DNA from: an uncultured Robiginitomaculum sp. | GTDB lineage: Bacteria; Pseudomonadota; Alphaproteobacteria; Caulobacterales; Maricaulaceae | NCBI GenBank assembly: GCA_964502015.1 | Contig: CAZCUM010000018.1 | Location: 24,666 to 48,665 of the forward strand | DNA: 24,000 nt | Reading direction: 5' to 3' | Shown: piece after piece, positions 1 through 8,359 of the stretch | How positions within the stretch are numbered: position 1 is the first letter of the stretch | Layout of the letters: every line of letters begins with the position of its first letter | Position numbers and translations under genes: made by a program | Notes under the pieces: model-generated | Database searches by the model: none | Seen by the model: only the letters and a program-made list of their open reading frames with translations | What the model was told of the DNA's origin: nothing

Positions 1-1569
1 ATGTATAAGCTGATTAACCTGTTTCACCAAATCGGGTAAGGCTTTTACCCCTCCAAGCTCAGAGTCATTAAGCATATAATTTTTTAAACTGTTCATTGAT
101 TGCAGAACCTTAGGGTCTTTTATGCCGCCTTTCGTTTCTGTACGGGCAACCACATAAAGTTCTTCAGATCCGGGGAAGCTATCGTTAATGGCTTTTGCAG
201 AAATGTTGTAATCGTGATCAGGGTATAACAAGGGGGATCCCGGATCCGATTCGCCTACAAGAACCTTGGAAGCCAAAAACAAGCCTACAACTAGTCCCAT
301 AGCAGCAAAAACCAATGCACTTTTAGCTGTTTTAAGGCTTGCCATAAAATTACTGTTTCTGACGAGCATTCTTTGGTACCATCCAGCATCAGTCTTGGAT
401 TTTTTTTCTGCACTGGCTGCTTTAGGTGTTGGTAATATGGATAATATTAGGGGAACTGCGATGAGAACGGTAAAAAGCACACTAAAGGCCCACAATGATG
501 CGTAATAGGCAAGATTCGTGTTAATGGGTATTGACCCTAGAGAAATTAAAAACACACCAATAGCATCAGAAACCACCCCTAATGAACCTGGGCGAAATAA
601 ACTTTCAAATGTACGTTGAGCGGCTTCTCTGCCGTCTTTTGCATCAGGTAACTCGTAATAGTATCTTTGTACAAGCTGAATGCCGTGGGAAAGCGCCCTT
701 GCTGAAATTAAAAATGGAATAACCAAAACGAGGGGGTCTAGGTTGATGCCAAGTGCTGAAATAATTCCAAGCCCCCAAATTGAGGATATTATGATGCCGA
801 TTGTTGGCACTAATACTCCATAAAGCGTTCGGAGGCTTCCTATAAGGAGCACAAGCATTATCAGGGCTGTCAGGAGGAAAATTTTTATAATTTCCCCAAT
901 ATAAGAATGAACCCATCCGATTAAAACTGGTTGCCCTGTTGCATAGACAGTTACACCATCAATGGATTTAGCGAGAGCGCGCGCCGCCTGGACTTCTTTG
1001 AAAATAGCTGGGTAGTCCAAAGCGCCTTCATTCAATGTTCCTTTAATAAGGGCTGCTTTAAGATCGGGCGACACTAACAGGCCATAAACTCTGGGGTTTG
1101 CAATTACATCATTTTTCAAACTGTCTAGTTGTGATAGAGACAAGGCCTGTGCTTGCGGGTCGTAATAGGGCTCGGAATTAATATCACCCTCTTCTGTTAA
1201 ATAGACTTTTCGAGACGTACGGTGGGTCAGAGACGTAACTAGATTGTGATTTACGCTTGGCAACGTGTCTACTTTCTGTGTTAATTCGTGTATAAGCTGT
1301 AGGGTTTCTGGGGTGAAGATCGTGCCCTCGTCCACCTCAACACTAAGAATGACAATATTTGCGCCACCAAAATTATCGCGAATTTCATTGTGAAGCTGAA
1401 TGTATTTGTGCTTTTGAGGTAACAAATCCGAAAAGTCAGAATACATTTGAAGATATGGTATTCGAGACGCAAACAAGACGGTAATCAGTGCGATTAATCC
1501 GAGTATCTTTTTTGGGTTATGAAAAACCAAACCCTCTAAGCGAGATAAAATAGAAATGAATTGGTTCAT
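1..1569 (-). CDS. RND superfamily (MMPL/SSD-like) exporter, N-terminal 523 codons; the 3' end lies beyond the window start
   Basis: Absent from the ORF track because it runs off the window. My own minus-strand translation from the ATG at 1569-1567 is open all the way to position 1 (MNQFISILSRLEGLVFHNPKKILGLIALITVLFASRIPYLQ...). It shows one TM helix, a large soluble loop, then a TM bundle (IFLLTALIMLVLLIGSLRTLYGVLVPTIGIIISSIWGLGIISALGINLDPLVLVIPFLISARALSHG) typical of RND/MMPL permeases. The start overlaps the stop of the upstream gene (TAATG). Confidence 0.8.
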   Translation of the reverse strand, partial: MNQFISILSRLEGLVFHNPKKILGLIALITVLFASRIPYLQMYSDFSDLLPQKHKYIQLHNEIRDNFGGANIVILSVEVDEGTIFTPETLQLIHELTQKVDTLPSVNHNLVTSLTHRTSRKVYLTEEGDINSEPYYDPQAQALSLSQLDSLKNDVIANPRVYGLLVSPDLKAALIKGTLNEGALDYPAIFKEVQAARALAKSIDGVTVYATGQPVLIGWVHSYIGEIIKIFLLTALIMLVLLIGSLRTLYGVLVPTIGIIISSIWGLGIISALGINLDPLVLVIPFLISARALSHGIQLVQRYYYELPDAKDGREAAQRTFESLFRPGSLGVVSDAIGVFLISLGSIPINTNLAYYASLWAFSVLFTVLIAVPLILSILPTPKAASAEKKSKTDAGWYQRMLVRNSNFMASLKTAKSALVFAAMGLVVGLFLASKVLVGESDPGSPLLYPDHDYNISAKAINDSFPGSEELYVVARTETKGGIKDPKVLQSMNSLKNYMLNDSELGGVKALPDLVKQVNQLIH

Positions 1570-2561
1570 TATTGCGGCTTACCTAAATTTATGTTTTGTA
1601 ATTTGATGCGCGCGGCAAAGCCTTGGCCGCCTATAAACAAGGTGGGGTTTTTACCCGTTGAGGCCGTGAGTGCGCGCAAATACCCATATGTTTCTGGAGC
1701 ACCACTTTTTACAGTTTTCCATTGGCCGTTTTGCAGGCTTAAAAAAGTTCCATAATTGCCAAGTGCAACCATGTGCCCATCAACTTCTTTGATTGTGTAA
1801 ATTGGCGCAGTACTGTCCGTGATTTGCCGTGACCAAGTATTACCACCATCACTTGTTTTATAGATGGAGCCGCGCAAACTGCCCGCCCATCCTTCGTTTG
1901 AATTTTTAAAATAAGCCGATAAGGGATAAAACTCCGGCGTTATACTGTCGAGAAAATGCCAGCTTTCCCCCGCATCTTCGGTTTTGAAAACCATGCCAAA
2001 CTCGCCAAGGGCGTAGCCGGTATTATTGCCGGGAAAAGAAAGCTGGTTGAATGAAGAATCCTCATTTTGCGTGGCTTCCACCCACGTTTTTCCATTGTCT
2101 TTACTACTGTATAATGTTGAAAAACTTGCTGACACCCATAATGTACCATTGGGTGCGCATGCTATGTCTTGTACATATTCTATCGTGTCAATTTTATTTT
2201 CAACCCATTGTCCGTTATTGTGGCGCTCCCAAACATCAGCGGCGACGGTTAAGGCATAAAATCTACCGTCGGAACATGTTGCAGATGCAATAAATGACGG
2301 GCTTGCCCCGTTAGCGCTCTTGAGGCTTATACGTTTATCATTTTTGGGGTCTAGTGTGTCCAACTCCAATACAATGCCGTCGCTCCCTAATATCAAAGCC
2401 GTTGTGCCCTGTATGGCCGCTGTTTGAAATGCGTCATATCGTTGCGTGAGCTTGGCTGACTGTGCGGCAACATCATCAAGCTGCAATGGCGCTTGACAGC
2501 CTGCAGCCATAACAAAAGTAAAGCTAAATACGCTTGCGTAAATTCTACTCCGTATTTTCAT
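1569..2561 (-). CDS. Ycf48-like / BNR (Asp-box) repeat beta-propeller protein, probable lipoprotein
   Basis: 330-aa ORF. The N-terminal signal peptide ends in a lipobox-like VMAAGC. There are three Asp-box motifs: SKDNGKTW, TEDAGESW and TSDGGNTW. It is translationally coupled to the downstream RND gene. Confidence 0.8.
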   Translation of the reverse strand: MKIRSRIYASVFSFTFVMAAGCQAPLQLDDVAAQSAKLTQRYDAFQTAAIQGTTALILGSDGIVLELDTLDPKNDKRISLKSANGASPSFIASATCSDGRFYALTVAADVWERHNNGQWVENKIDTIEYVQDIACAPNGTLWVSASFSTLYSSKDNGKTWVEATQNEDSSFNQLSFPGNNTGYALGEFGMVFKTEDAGESWHFLDSITPEFYPLSAYFKNSNEGWAGSLRGSIYKTSDGGNTWSRQITDSTAPIYTIKEVDGHMVALGNYGTFLSLQNGQWKTVKSGAPETYGYLRALTASTGKNPTLFIGGQGFAARIKLQNINLGKPQ

Positions 2562-2601
2562 TCCCCGGATGCCTCGTTATTTGACTTATTAAGCTTTCTT
2601 T

Positions 2602-2631
2602 AAAATAGGCACCATAAAAATCGATTGTCAA
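2602..2631 (-). promoter_or_regulatory. Putative sigma70-type promoter of the Ycf48-like/RND operon (TTGACA-N18-TATTTT)
   Basis: The minus strand reads TTGACA (2631-2626), an 18-nt spacer, then TATTTT (2607-2602), about 40 nt upstream of the ATG at 2561. It sits inside the conserved block shared with the phenol hydroxylase promoter. Confidence 0.4.
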
Positions 2632-2825
2632 GCTCAATCTCGATATTATCGCATTATAGCTATATATATTAAAAGGGCAATTGTGGGAAGCTCAGTATAA
2701 TTAGGGCGCACGCCGACGATCAGTGAAGGTTTGATCCTACATATGTATGGGTTTAATGTTTTACAGTGATAGGATGATGATCTTACAGTAGGGCGTTAAC
2801 TGGCGCCTAGATATTGTATGATGGG

Positions 2826-3536
2826 TTATTTAAAGTTTCTTTCCCATTCAGCCACTTTTTCGGCAATGACATCAACTGTTCGGTTAATATGATCATTAGA
2901 AAGTTCGCAGGCGAGATTAATGTTTCTATTTAAAACTGCATCGAATATCGCTTTATGCTCAGCGGAAACATCTCTAGGTATGGTTCGATCAATGAGCGCC
3001 ACTCGTAAATATCGACTAGATTGGTGATATAGTATTTTGCGAAAGTGGCTGGACCAGGTATTCGTACTTGCTGCAACAAGGGAATCGTGGAAACTCTTAT
3101 TGAGTTTATCCCAATCGGACGCATAATGACCAGGTTCTTTTGCCACACGAGACTCCATTTTACTTAGCTTATGGTATGCGGCAACCACATTTGCTTCCCA
3201 ATCATCGTCTCCATTTTGCATGGATTCTTTTAAGGCATTTGATTCAAGTATTTTTCTAACATTGGCAATATCCCGAAAGCTTTTAGCTGAAATTGGAGCC
3301 ACGTGAAAGCCGCGCTGGCCTTCTGTTGTAACTAAGGTGTCGGAGACCAACCGCGATAAGGCTTCACGCATAGTACTTGAGCCAACATTATAGTCGCTCC
3401 GAATATGCTCGACACGCAACCGGCTTTCAGGAGCGAACTTGCCGCTCAATATATCTTCGCGAAGTTGCACGTAAGCAGTTTCGATTGCGGTTTTATTGGT
3501 AGGTTTTACGTTAGTCGGTTTAGTCTGCAATATCAA
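2826..3536 (-). CDS. GntR-family transcriptional regulator (FadR/FCD subfamily)
   Basis: 236 aa. The N-terminal wHTH (AYVQLREDILSGKFAPESRLRVEHIRSDYNVGSSTMREALSRL) is followed by a helical FCD-like C-terminal domain. The start codon is TTG with a GGAGA RBS 6 nt upstream. It is divergent from the phenol hydroxylase operon. Confidence 0.9.
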   Translation of the reverse strand: MILQTKPTNVKPTNKTAIETAYVQLREDILSGKFAPESRLRVEHIRSDYNVGSSTMREALSRLVSDTLVTTEGQRGFHVAPISAKSFRDIANVRKILESNALKESMQNGDDDWEANVVAAYHKLSKMESRVAKEPGHYASDWDKLNKSFHDSLVAASTNTWSSHFRKILYHQSSRYLRVALIDRTIPRDVSAEHKAIFDAVLNRNINLACELSNDHINRTVDVIAEKVAEWERNFK

Positions 3537-3591
3537 TGTGTGTCTCCGAATTTAAGTTCCAGATTAAAAAATTCTGTGTTCCCTACTTTGC

Positions 3592-3609
3592 ATGTAGTGA
3601 TTCCTACTA
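3592..3609. promoter_or_regulatory. Operator-like inverted repeat, copy 1 (ATGTAGTGA-ttc-CTACTA; TAGT-N7-ACTA)
   Basis: Read directly. It is nearly identical to copy 2 at 3688-3704 and lies between the GntR start codon and its likely promoter. Confidence 0.4.
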
Positions 3610-3660
3610 ACACGAATAGTTGAATAACTAGAATTTATCAAGAATTAATAAACAATAAAA

Positions 3661-3687
3661 ATCTCGATATTTCAATTGACAGTCGAT
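3661..3687 (+). promoter_or_regulatory. Conserved block ATCTCGATAT-N5-TTGACAGTCGAT, shared with 2620-2646 on the opposite strand
   Basis: The 10-mer ATCTCGATAT occurs identically at 2637-2646 and 3661-3670. TTGACA(A/G)TCGAT follows at the same 5-nt spacing relative to each operon's direction of transcription. Confidence 0.5.
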
Positions 3688-3705
3688 ATGTAGTGACGCT
3701 ACTAG
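3676..3705 (+). promoter_or_regulatory. Putative sigma70-type promoter of the phenol hydroxylase/meta operon (TTGACA-N18-TACTAG)
   Basis: Perfect -35 TTGACA at 3676-3681 and a weak -10 at 3699-3705. The leader to the ATG at 3757 is about 45 nt. Operator-like copy 2 (3688-3704) overlaps the spacer and -10. Confidence 0.4.
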
Positions 3706-3756
3706 TATTGACATGAAACTTTGCACGTGAGCAAGATTGATAGAAAGCAAGTAAAT

Positions 3757-4038
3757 ATGACTGCTCGTAACGAAAAACATATAGCGGAGTCAGGTGTCGA
3801 AAGCCTCGATATTTATAAGCGCTATGTTCGTATAACGGGCATTGTTAACAACAAAATGATTGAGTTTGACTTCTCTATTGGGGAGCCGGAAATGTACGTC
3901 GAGCTCATCTTGCCCTTTGAAGCTTTTCAATCATTTTGCGCCAACAACAATGTAAAACATTTGAGTGAAGAAGAAGCTGCGCGGGTGGATTATGATCGAC
4001 TAAAATGGCGGTATGGTAGGCCAGGTATTAGGCAGTAG
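3757..4038 (+). CDS. dmpK: Phenol hydroxylase component P0 (DmpK-like assembly/accessory subunit)
   Basis: Small protein (MTARNEKHIAESGVESLDIYKRYVRITGIVNNKMIEFDFSIGEPEMYVELILPFEAFQSF...) in first position ahead of the L-M-N-O-P genes. I prefer the ATG at 3757 over the TTG at 3721 given in the track. Confidence 0.8.
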   Translation: MTARNEKHIAESGVESLDIYKRYVRITGIVNNKMIEFDFSIGEPEMYVELILPFEAFQSFCANNNVKHLSEEEAARVDYDRLKWRYGRPGIRQ

Positions 4039-4064
4039 TCAGAGAATAAAAAAGGAGATGCGAT

Positions 4065-5060
4065 ATGCACATCGACATTAAGGCAAGGAAAATAGAGCCG
4101 ATTCGCCATACATATAGCCATGTTGCGCGCCGTATTGGTGAGGGTAAAACTGCAACGCGGTACCAAGAAGCAGTTTTTGACTTGCAACCTACCGAAAATT
4201 TTCATTATCGGCCCACCTGGCAGCCCGATAAGGAGTTGTACGATGTTACGCGGACCGCGATTGTTATGGAGGATTGGTATAAGTTCCTTGACCCTCGACA
4301 ATATTATTATGGGAATTATGTAATTGCGCGTGCCGCCCAGCAAGATTCAGCGGATAAGAATTTTAAATTTGTTGAAAAGCGTGGTTTGCTGGCCTTAATG
4401 CCTGAGGAGCAACGCAAAAAGATAAAGGACTACATCATTCCCCTGCGCCACTATGAGTGGGGTGCAAATATGAACAATTACCAAATCTGTTCAGTTGGTT
4501 ATGGGGCATCAATTACGTCCGCAGCTTCTTTACATGGATCAGACCGGCTCGGGAATGCACAATATATCACGCGAATAGCTTTAGCGCTTTCTGAAAATGA
4601 CACAGGTATTCTTGATGATGTGAAAACAGACTGGCTTGAAAATAAAGACTGGCAAGGCGTGCGTAAATTGGTTGAGGATAGCTTGGTTGTCGAAGACTGG
4701 TTTGAGCTTTTTGTCGCGCAAAACCTTGTCATGGACGGCATGGTTCATGAATTATTTTTTGTGGTGTTTGAGGACGAGATAAACAAGGCGGGCGGTTCAA
4801 GTTACTCATTGTTGACCGAGTTTATTACCAATTGGAAAATTGAAACAAAGCGCTGGGTCGACAAGCAAATATCTGTTGCTTGCGCTGAGTCAGAGGAAAA
4901 TAAAAAACTTGTTACAGCTTGGTTTAGTGCTTGGTTGTCGGAGACGGAAAAGGCATTAGCGCCTTTGGCGAACGGGGCTGTTGCGGGCGGCGCGGATGCG
5001 CTTGATCAGGTCAAGCAAACGCTTTTGGCCCGTGCCAAAAAATGCGGAATTGATATTTAA
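4065..5060 (+). CDS. dmpL: Phenol hydroxylase P1, hydroxylase beta subunit (DmpL-like)
   Basis: 331 aa, AGGAG RBS. Position and size match the beta subunit of group-1 soluble diiron monooxygenases. Confidence 0.9.
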   Translation: MHIDIKARKIEPIRHTYSHVARRIGEGKTATRYQEAVFDLQPTENFHYRPTWQPDKELYDVTRTAIVMEDWYKFLDPRQYYYGNYVIARAAQQDSADKNFKFVEKRGLLALMPEEQRKKIKDYIIPLRHYEWGANMNNYQICSVGYGASITSAASLHGSDRLGNAQYITRIALALSENDTGILDDVKTDWLENKDWQGVRKLVEDSLVVEDWFELFVAQNLVMDGMVHELFFVVFEDEINKAGGSSYSLLTEFITNWKIETKRWVDKQISVACAESEENKKLVTAWFSAWLSETEKALAPLANGAVAGGADALDQVKQTLLARAKKCGIDI

Positions 5061-5069
5061 GGAGGGATT

Positions 5070-5339
5070 ATGAGTGTAGTATTTTTAGCATTACAAGATG
5101 TTGATGAAGCCAGGCCGATTGTTGAGGCTATTCAGCAAGATAATCCAGAAGCTTCAATAGAATATCCCCCTGCAATGATACGCATTACGGCTGAGGGCAG
5201 TCTAATTGTGAAGCGCGAAACCGTTTCGGATTTGATCGGGGCAGATTGGAATCCGCAAGACATACAGCTTGTGATGATTTCTTTTGGCGGCAATGTTGAT
5301 GAGGATGACGATTATTTCAAAATCTATTGGAATGATTAA
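5070..5339 (+). CDS. dmpM: Phenol hydroxylase P2, cofactor-less effector protein (MmoB/DmpM family)
   Basis: 89 aa, AGGAGG RBS, located between the beta and alpha subunit genes. Confidence 0.9.
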   Translation: MSVVFLALQDVDEARPIVEAIQQDNPEASIEYPPAMIRITAEGSLIVKRETVSDLIGADWNPQDIQLVMISFGGNVDEDDDYFKIYWND

Positions 5340-5359
5340 CGCGGAAATAGGAGCGTAAA

Positions 5360-6904
5360 ATGGCAAAACGATTGAATATGAGAGAGCGTTATAAGCATAT
5401 GACGCGCCTTGGTTGGGACACAACTTACCAGCCGATGGACAAGGTTTTTCCTTATGACAAATACGAGGGCATTAAGATTAAAGACTGGGATGCCTGGCAA
5501 GATCCGTTTCGGATGACCATGGATGCATATTGGAAATACCAAGGCGAAAAAGAGAAAAAGCTTTATGCAATTATGGATGCTTTTGCACAAAATAATGGGC
5601 ATTTGAATATCAGTGATGCCCGCTATGTAAATGCCTTAAAGCTCTTCATACAAGGTGTTTCCCCGCTTGAATATCAAGCGCATCGGGGCTTTGCGAGACA
5701 AGGACGGCATTTGCGCGGAGATGGTGCCCGCGTAGCGTGCCAGATGCAGTCCATTGATGAATTGCGTCATGTGCAAACGCAAGTGCATACAATGAGCCAC
5801 TTTAACAAACATTTTGACGGTATGCATGATTTTACAAAATGGCATGACCGTGTTTGGTATCTTTCCGTACCAAAATCATTCTTTGATGATGCCAATTCCG
5901 CAGGGCCATTTGAATTTATGATCGCCGTCGGGTTTTCATTTGAATACGTATTAACAAATTTATTATTTGTACCATTTATGTCGGGTGCTGCCTTTAATGG
6001 CGATATGTCTACGGTGACATTTGGTTTCTCTGCTCAATCTGATGAAGCGAGACATATGACACTGGGCCTTGAAGCTATCAAGTTCATGCTTGAACAAGAT
6101 GAGGCTAATGTGCCTATCGTTCAAAAATGGATCGATAAGTGGCTGTGGCGCGGATATAAGGTTCTTAGCCTGATTAGTGCAATGATGGATTACATGCTTC
6201 CGGAAAGTCCTATGTCCTGGAAAGAAGCCTGGGAAATTTATTTTGAACAAAACGGTGGAGCGCTTTTCAATGACTTGGCGCGCTATGGTATCACAGTACC
6301 AAGCTATGCCGATTTGTGTGCTAAAGAAAAGCATCATTTAAGCCATCAGGTTTGGGGTGTTTTGTACAATCACTCCGGTGCCGCAGCGATCCATACCTGG
6401 ATGCCGGATGACAAGAAAATGGACTGGTTGTCTGAAAAATATCCAGAGACATTTGACAAATATTACAGACCGCGTTTTGAATATTGGCGCGAGCAAGAGG
6501 CCAAGGGTGAACGTTATTACAGCCAGACATTGCCTTGTGTTTGCCAAACCTGTCAAATCCCAATGGCATTTACCGAGATGGATAATCCTACGCTCATTTC
6601 ATACCGAACATCAGAATATAAAGGCGATAAATACCATATGTGTTCAGACCCTTGCAAACAGATTTTCGATGATGAGCCGGAGAAATATTGTCAATCTTGG
6701 ATGCCGCCACAAGAAATATTCAAAGGTAATTGCGGCGGAGAAGGCATTGAAAACGTACTCAAATGGTACGGCTTCAACCAAACGGAAGAGCAACGTGATA
6801 ATATGGATTATGTTGGTTCGCCAGACGAAAAGCGCTGGAAAAAATGGAAGGGCTTTGACGAAGAATCTGTTGCAGCCGCGAAGTCATTTGCCGCAAATAG
6901 CTAA
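5360..6904 (+). CDS. dmpN: Phenol hydroxylase P3, diiron hydroxylase alpha subunit (DmpN-like)
   Basis: 514 aa. The two carboxylate-bridged diiron motifs DELRH and DEARH are present. There is a C-terminal Cys cluster (CVCQTCQ...CSDPC). Confidence 0.95.
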   Translation: MAKRLNMRERYKHMTRLGWDTTYQPMDKVFPYDKYEGIKIKDWDAWQDPFRMTMDAYWKYQGEKEKKLYAIMDAFAQNNGHLNISDARYVNALKLFIQGVSPLEYQAHRGFARQGRHLRGDGARVACQMQSIDELRHVQTQVHTMSHFNKHFDGMHDFTKWHDRVWYLSVPKSFFDDANSAGPFEFMIAVGFSFEYVLTNLLFVPFMSGAAFNGDMSTVTFGFSAQSDEARHMTLGLEAIKFMLEQDEANVPIVQKWIDKWLWRGYKVLSLISAMMDYMLPESPMSWKEAWEIYFEQNGGALFNDLARYGITVPSYADLCAKEKHHLSHQVWGVLYNHSGAAAIHTWMPDDKKMDWLSEKYPETFDKYYRPRFEYWREQEAKGERYYSQTLPCVCQTCQIPMAFTEMDNPTLISYRTSEYKGDKYHMCSDPCKQIFDDEPEKYCQSWMPPQEIFKGNCGGEGIENVLKWYGFNQTEEQRDNMDYVGSPDEKRWKKWKGFDEESVAAAKSFAANS

Positions 6905-6929
6905 GCCTTAAAACATATAGGAGACAATT

Positions 6930-7289
6930 ATGGCAGTCGTATCAATAGGCGAATATCCGGCTCTTGTTCGAGATGGTGTAGAGAATTTTCACGGAAATAT
7001 CATGGTTATTTTAGGTTGGGATCATCATGTCATGGTTGATGCGCCCATGGCATTTCCATTGCCGCCTGGTATGCCGTTTGGCGCTTTTGTAAGTGATGTG
7101 ATACCCGCCGCATATAGCCCTCATCCTGATTGGCCAAATATAAAATGGGATGATGTGGAATGGATGCTCGACGGAGAAGCTTTTACGCCAAATTTTGAAG
7201 CGAGTTTGGAAGACAATGGCGTTGGTCATAAATCTGTCATTCGTTTTGTAACGCCAGGTCTAAACGGTATTGGCGGAACGGGCGGATAA
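6930..7289 (+). CDS. dmpO: Phenol hydroxylase P4, gamma subunit (DmpO-like)
   Basis: 119 aa, GGAG RBS, in the conserved position after the alpha subunit. Confidence 0.85.
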   Translation: MAVVSIGEYPALVRDGVENFHGNIMVILGWDHHVMVDAPMAFPLPPGMPFGAFVSDVIPAAYSPHPDWPNIKWDDVEWMLDGEAFTPNFEASLEDNGVGHKSVIRFVTPGLNGIGGTGG

Positions 7290-7292
7290 TTC

Positions 7293-8351
7293 ATGGCTTA
7301 TGAAGTTACCATAGAGCCTTTGGGTGACGTCATTGAGGTCGAAGCGGGGCAAACTATATTGGACGCGGCCTTGCGGGCCGGAATATATTTGCCTCATGCT
7401 TGCTGTCATGGTCTGTGTGCTACATGTAAAGTGGATGTACTTGAAGGTGATGTTGAGCAAGGCGATGCTTCTCCATTTGCTTTGATGGATATGGAGCGAG
7501 ATGAAGGAAAATGTCTGACATGTTGTGCCACACCAACTAGCGATCTTGTCATCGAAGCTGATATAGAAGAAGATGAAGATGCACTGGGTATCCCGGTTCA
7601 GGACTTTGTAGCGACTGTTAAAAAGATAACTGATTTCACACCAAGAATACGGGGCGTGTTTTTAGAAGTTGAGGGTGAAGGTGTAGATTTTCAGCCGGGA
7701 CAATACATAAATCTAGAAATTCCCGGTATGGACGGCACGCGTGCATTTTCAATTTCAAGTGCAACAGCGGATAAAAAAACCATAGAGCTAAACATATGTT
7801 TGGTGACTGGTGGCCAGGCGACGACCTGGATACACGAACAACTTGAAGAGGGTATGGAACTGAAATTTTCCGCTCCATTTGGCAGGTTTTTTGTTCGTGG
7901 TTCCCGCCCCGAGCCAATGGTATTTATGGCAGGAGGGTCTGGCCTATCTAGTCCAAAGTCAATGATATTGGATTTGTTTGAAAAAGGCGAAACACGCCAC
8001 ATAACACTGATTTGTGGTGCCCGGGATTTCAAAGAACTATATTACCAAGATTTATTCGAGGCTCTCGCAAAAAAGCACAGTAATTTTCATTATATACCCG
8101 TACTTTCTGCTGAGCCTGAAGGGTCTGAGTGGGCAGGAGAACGCGGGTTTGTTCATGAGGCTGCGGCGCGATGTTTCGGCGGTAAGTTTGAGGGCATGCA
8201 AGCCTATATGTGCGGCCCTCCACTTATGGTTGATGCCTGCATATCAACTCTCATGAAAGGGCGTTTGTTCGAGAGAGACATGTTTATGGAAAATTTCTTT
8301 GATCAATCGAGCAAAGAGACACAGCGTAGCCCACTATTTAAGTCGATTTAA
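7293..8351 (+). CDS. dmpP: Phenol hydroxylase P5, NADH:ferredoxin-type reductase (DmpP-like)
   Basis: 352 aa. It has an N-terminal plant-type 2Fe-2S motif (CCHGLCATCKV...CLTCC), an FNR-like FAD motif (RAFSISS) and an NAD motif (GGSGLSS). Confidence 0.9.
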   Translation: MAYEVTIEPLGDVIEVEAGQTILDAALRAGIYLPHACCHGLCATCKVDVLEGDVEQGDASPFALMDMERDEGKCLTCCATPTSDLVIEADIEEDEDALGIPVQDFVATVKKITDFTPRIRGVFLEVEGEGVDFQPGQYINLEIPGMDGTRAFSISSATADKKTIELNICLVTGGQATTWIHEQLEEGMELKFSAPFGRFFVRGSRPEPMVFMAGGSGLSSPKSMILDLFEKGETRHITLICGARDFKELYYQDLFEALAKKHSNFHYIPVLSAEPEGSEWAGERGFVHEAAARCFGGKFEGMQAYMCGPPLMVDACISTLMKGRLFERDMFMENFFDQSSKETQRSPLFKSI

Positions 8352-8359
8352 GGATACAT

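Noticed and set aside
266-1472. Track ORFs 266..505(+), 644..916(-) and 1281..1472(-)
   Set aside because: All lie inside the uninterrupted 523-codon minus-strand RND reading frame (1-1569), in other frames or on the other strand. They are shadow ORFs.
2761-2789. Direct repeat TTACAGT at 2761 and 2783, downstream of the GntR stop codon
   Set aside because: A 7-mer repeated once in an AT-rich spacer is within chance expectation, and nothing else is associated with it.
3585-3725. Possible sigma54 (-24/-12) promoter suggested by two TTGCA motifs
   Set aside because: Neither motif has the obligatory GG about 12 nt upstream (TGTGTTCCCTACTTTGCA and TTGACATGAAACTTTGCA). No NtrC-type activator gene is nearby.
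3721-3756. Long N-terminal extensions from TTG/GTG track starts at 3721, 11620, 12389, 20369, 21374 and 22681
   Set aside because: In each case a downstream ATG gives the family-typical N-terminus, a better RBS, and avoids a long overlap with the preceding gene.
6357-6911. 184-aa plus-strand ORF inside dmpN, and similar long internal or antisense ORFs (10588..11103, 18836..19342, 19239..19658, 19914..20261, 20848..21243, 23459..23996)
   Set aside because: They lie entirely within confidently identified genes and have low-complexity, Arg/Ser/Pro-rich or otherwise unrecognisable sequence. They are typical shadow ORFs.
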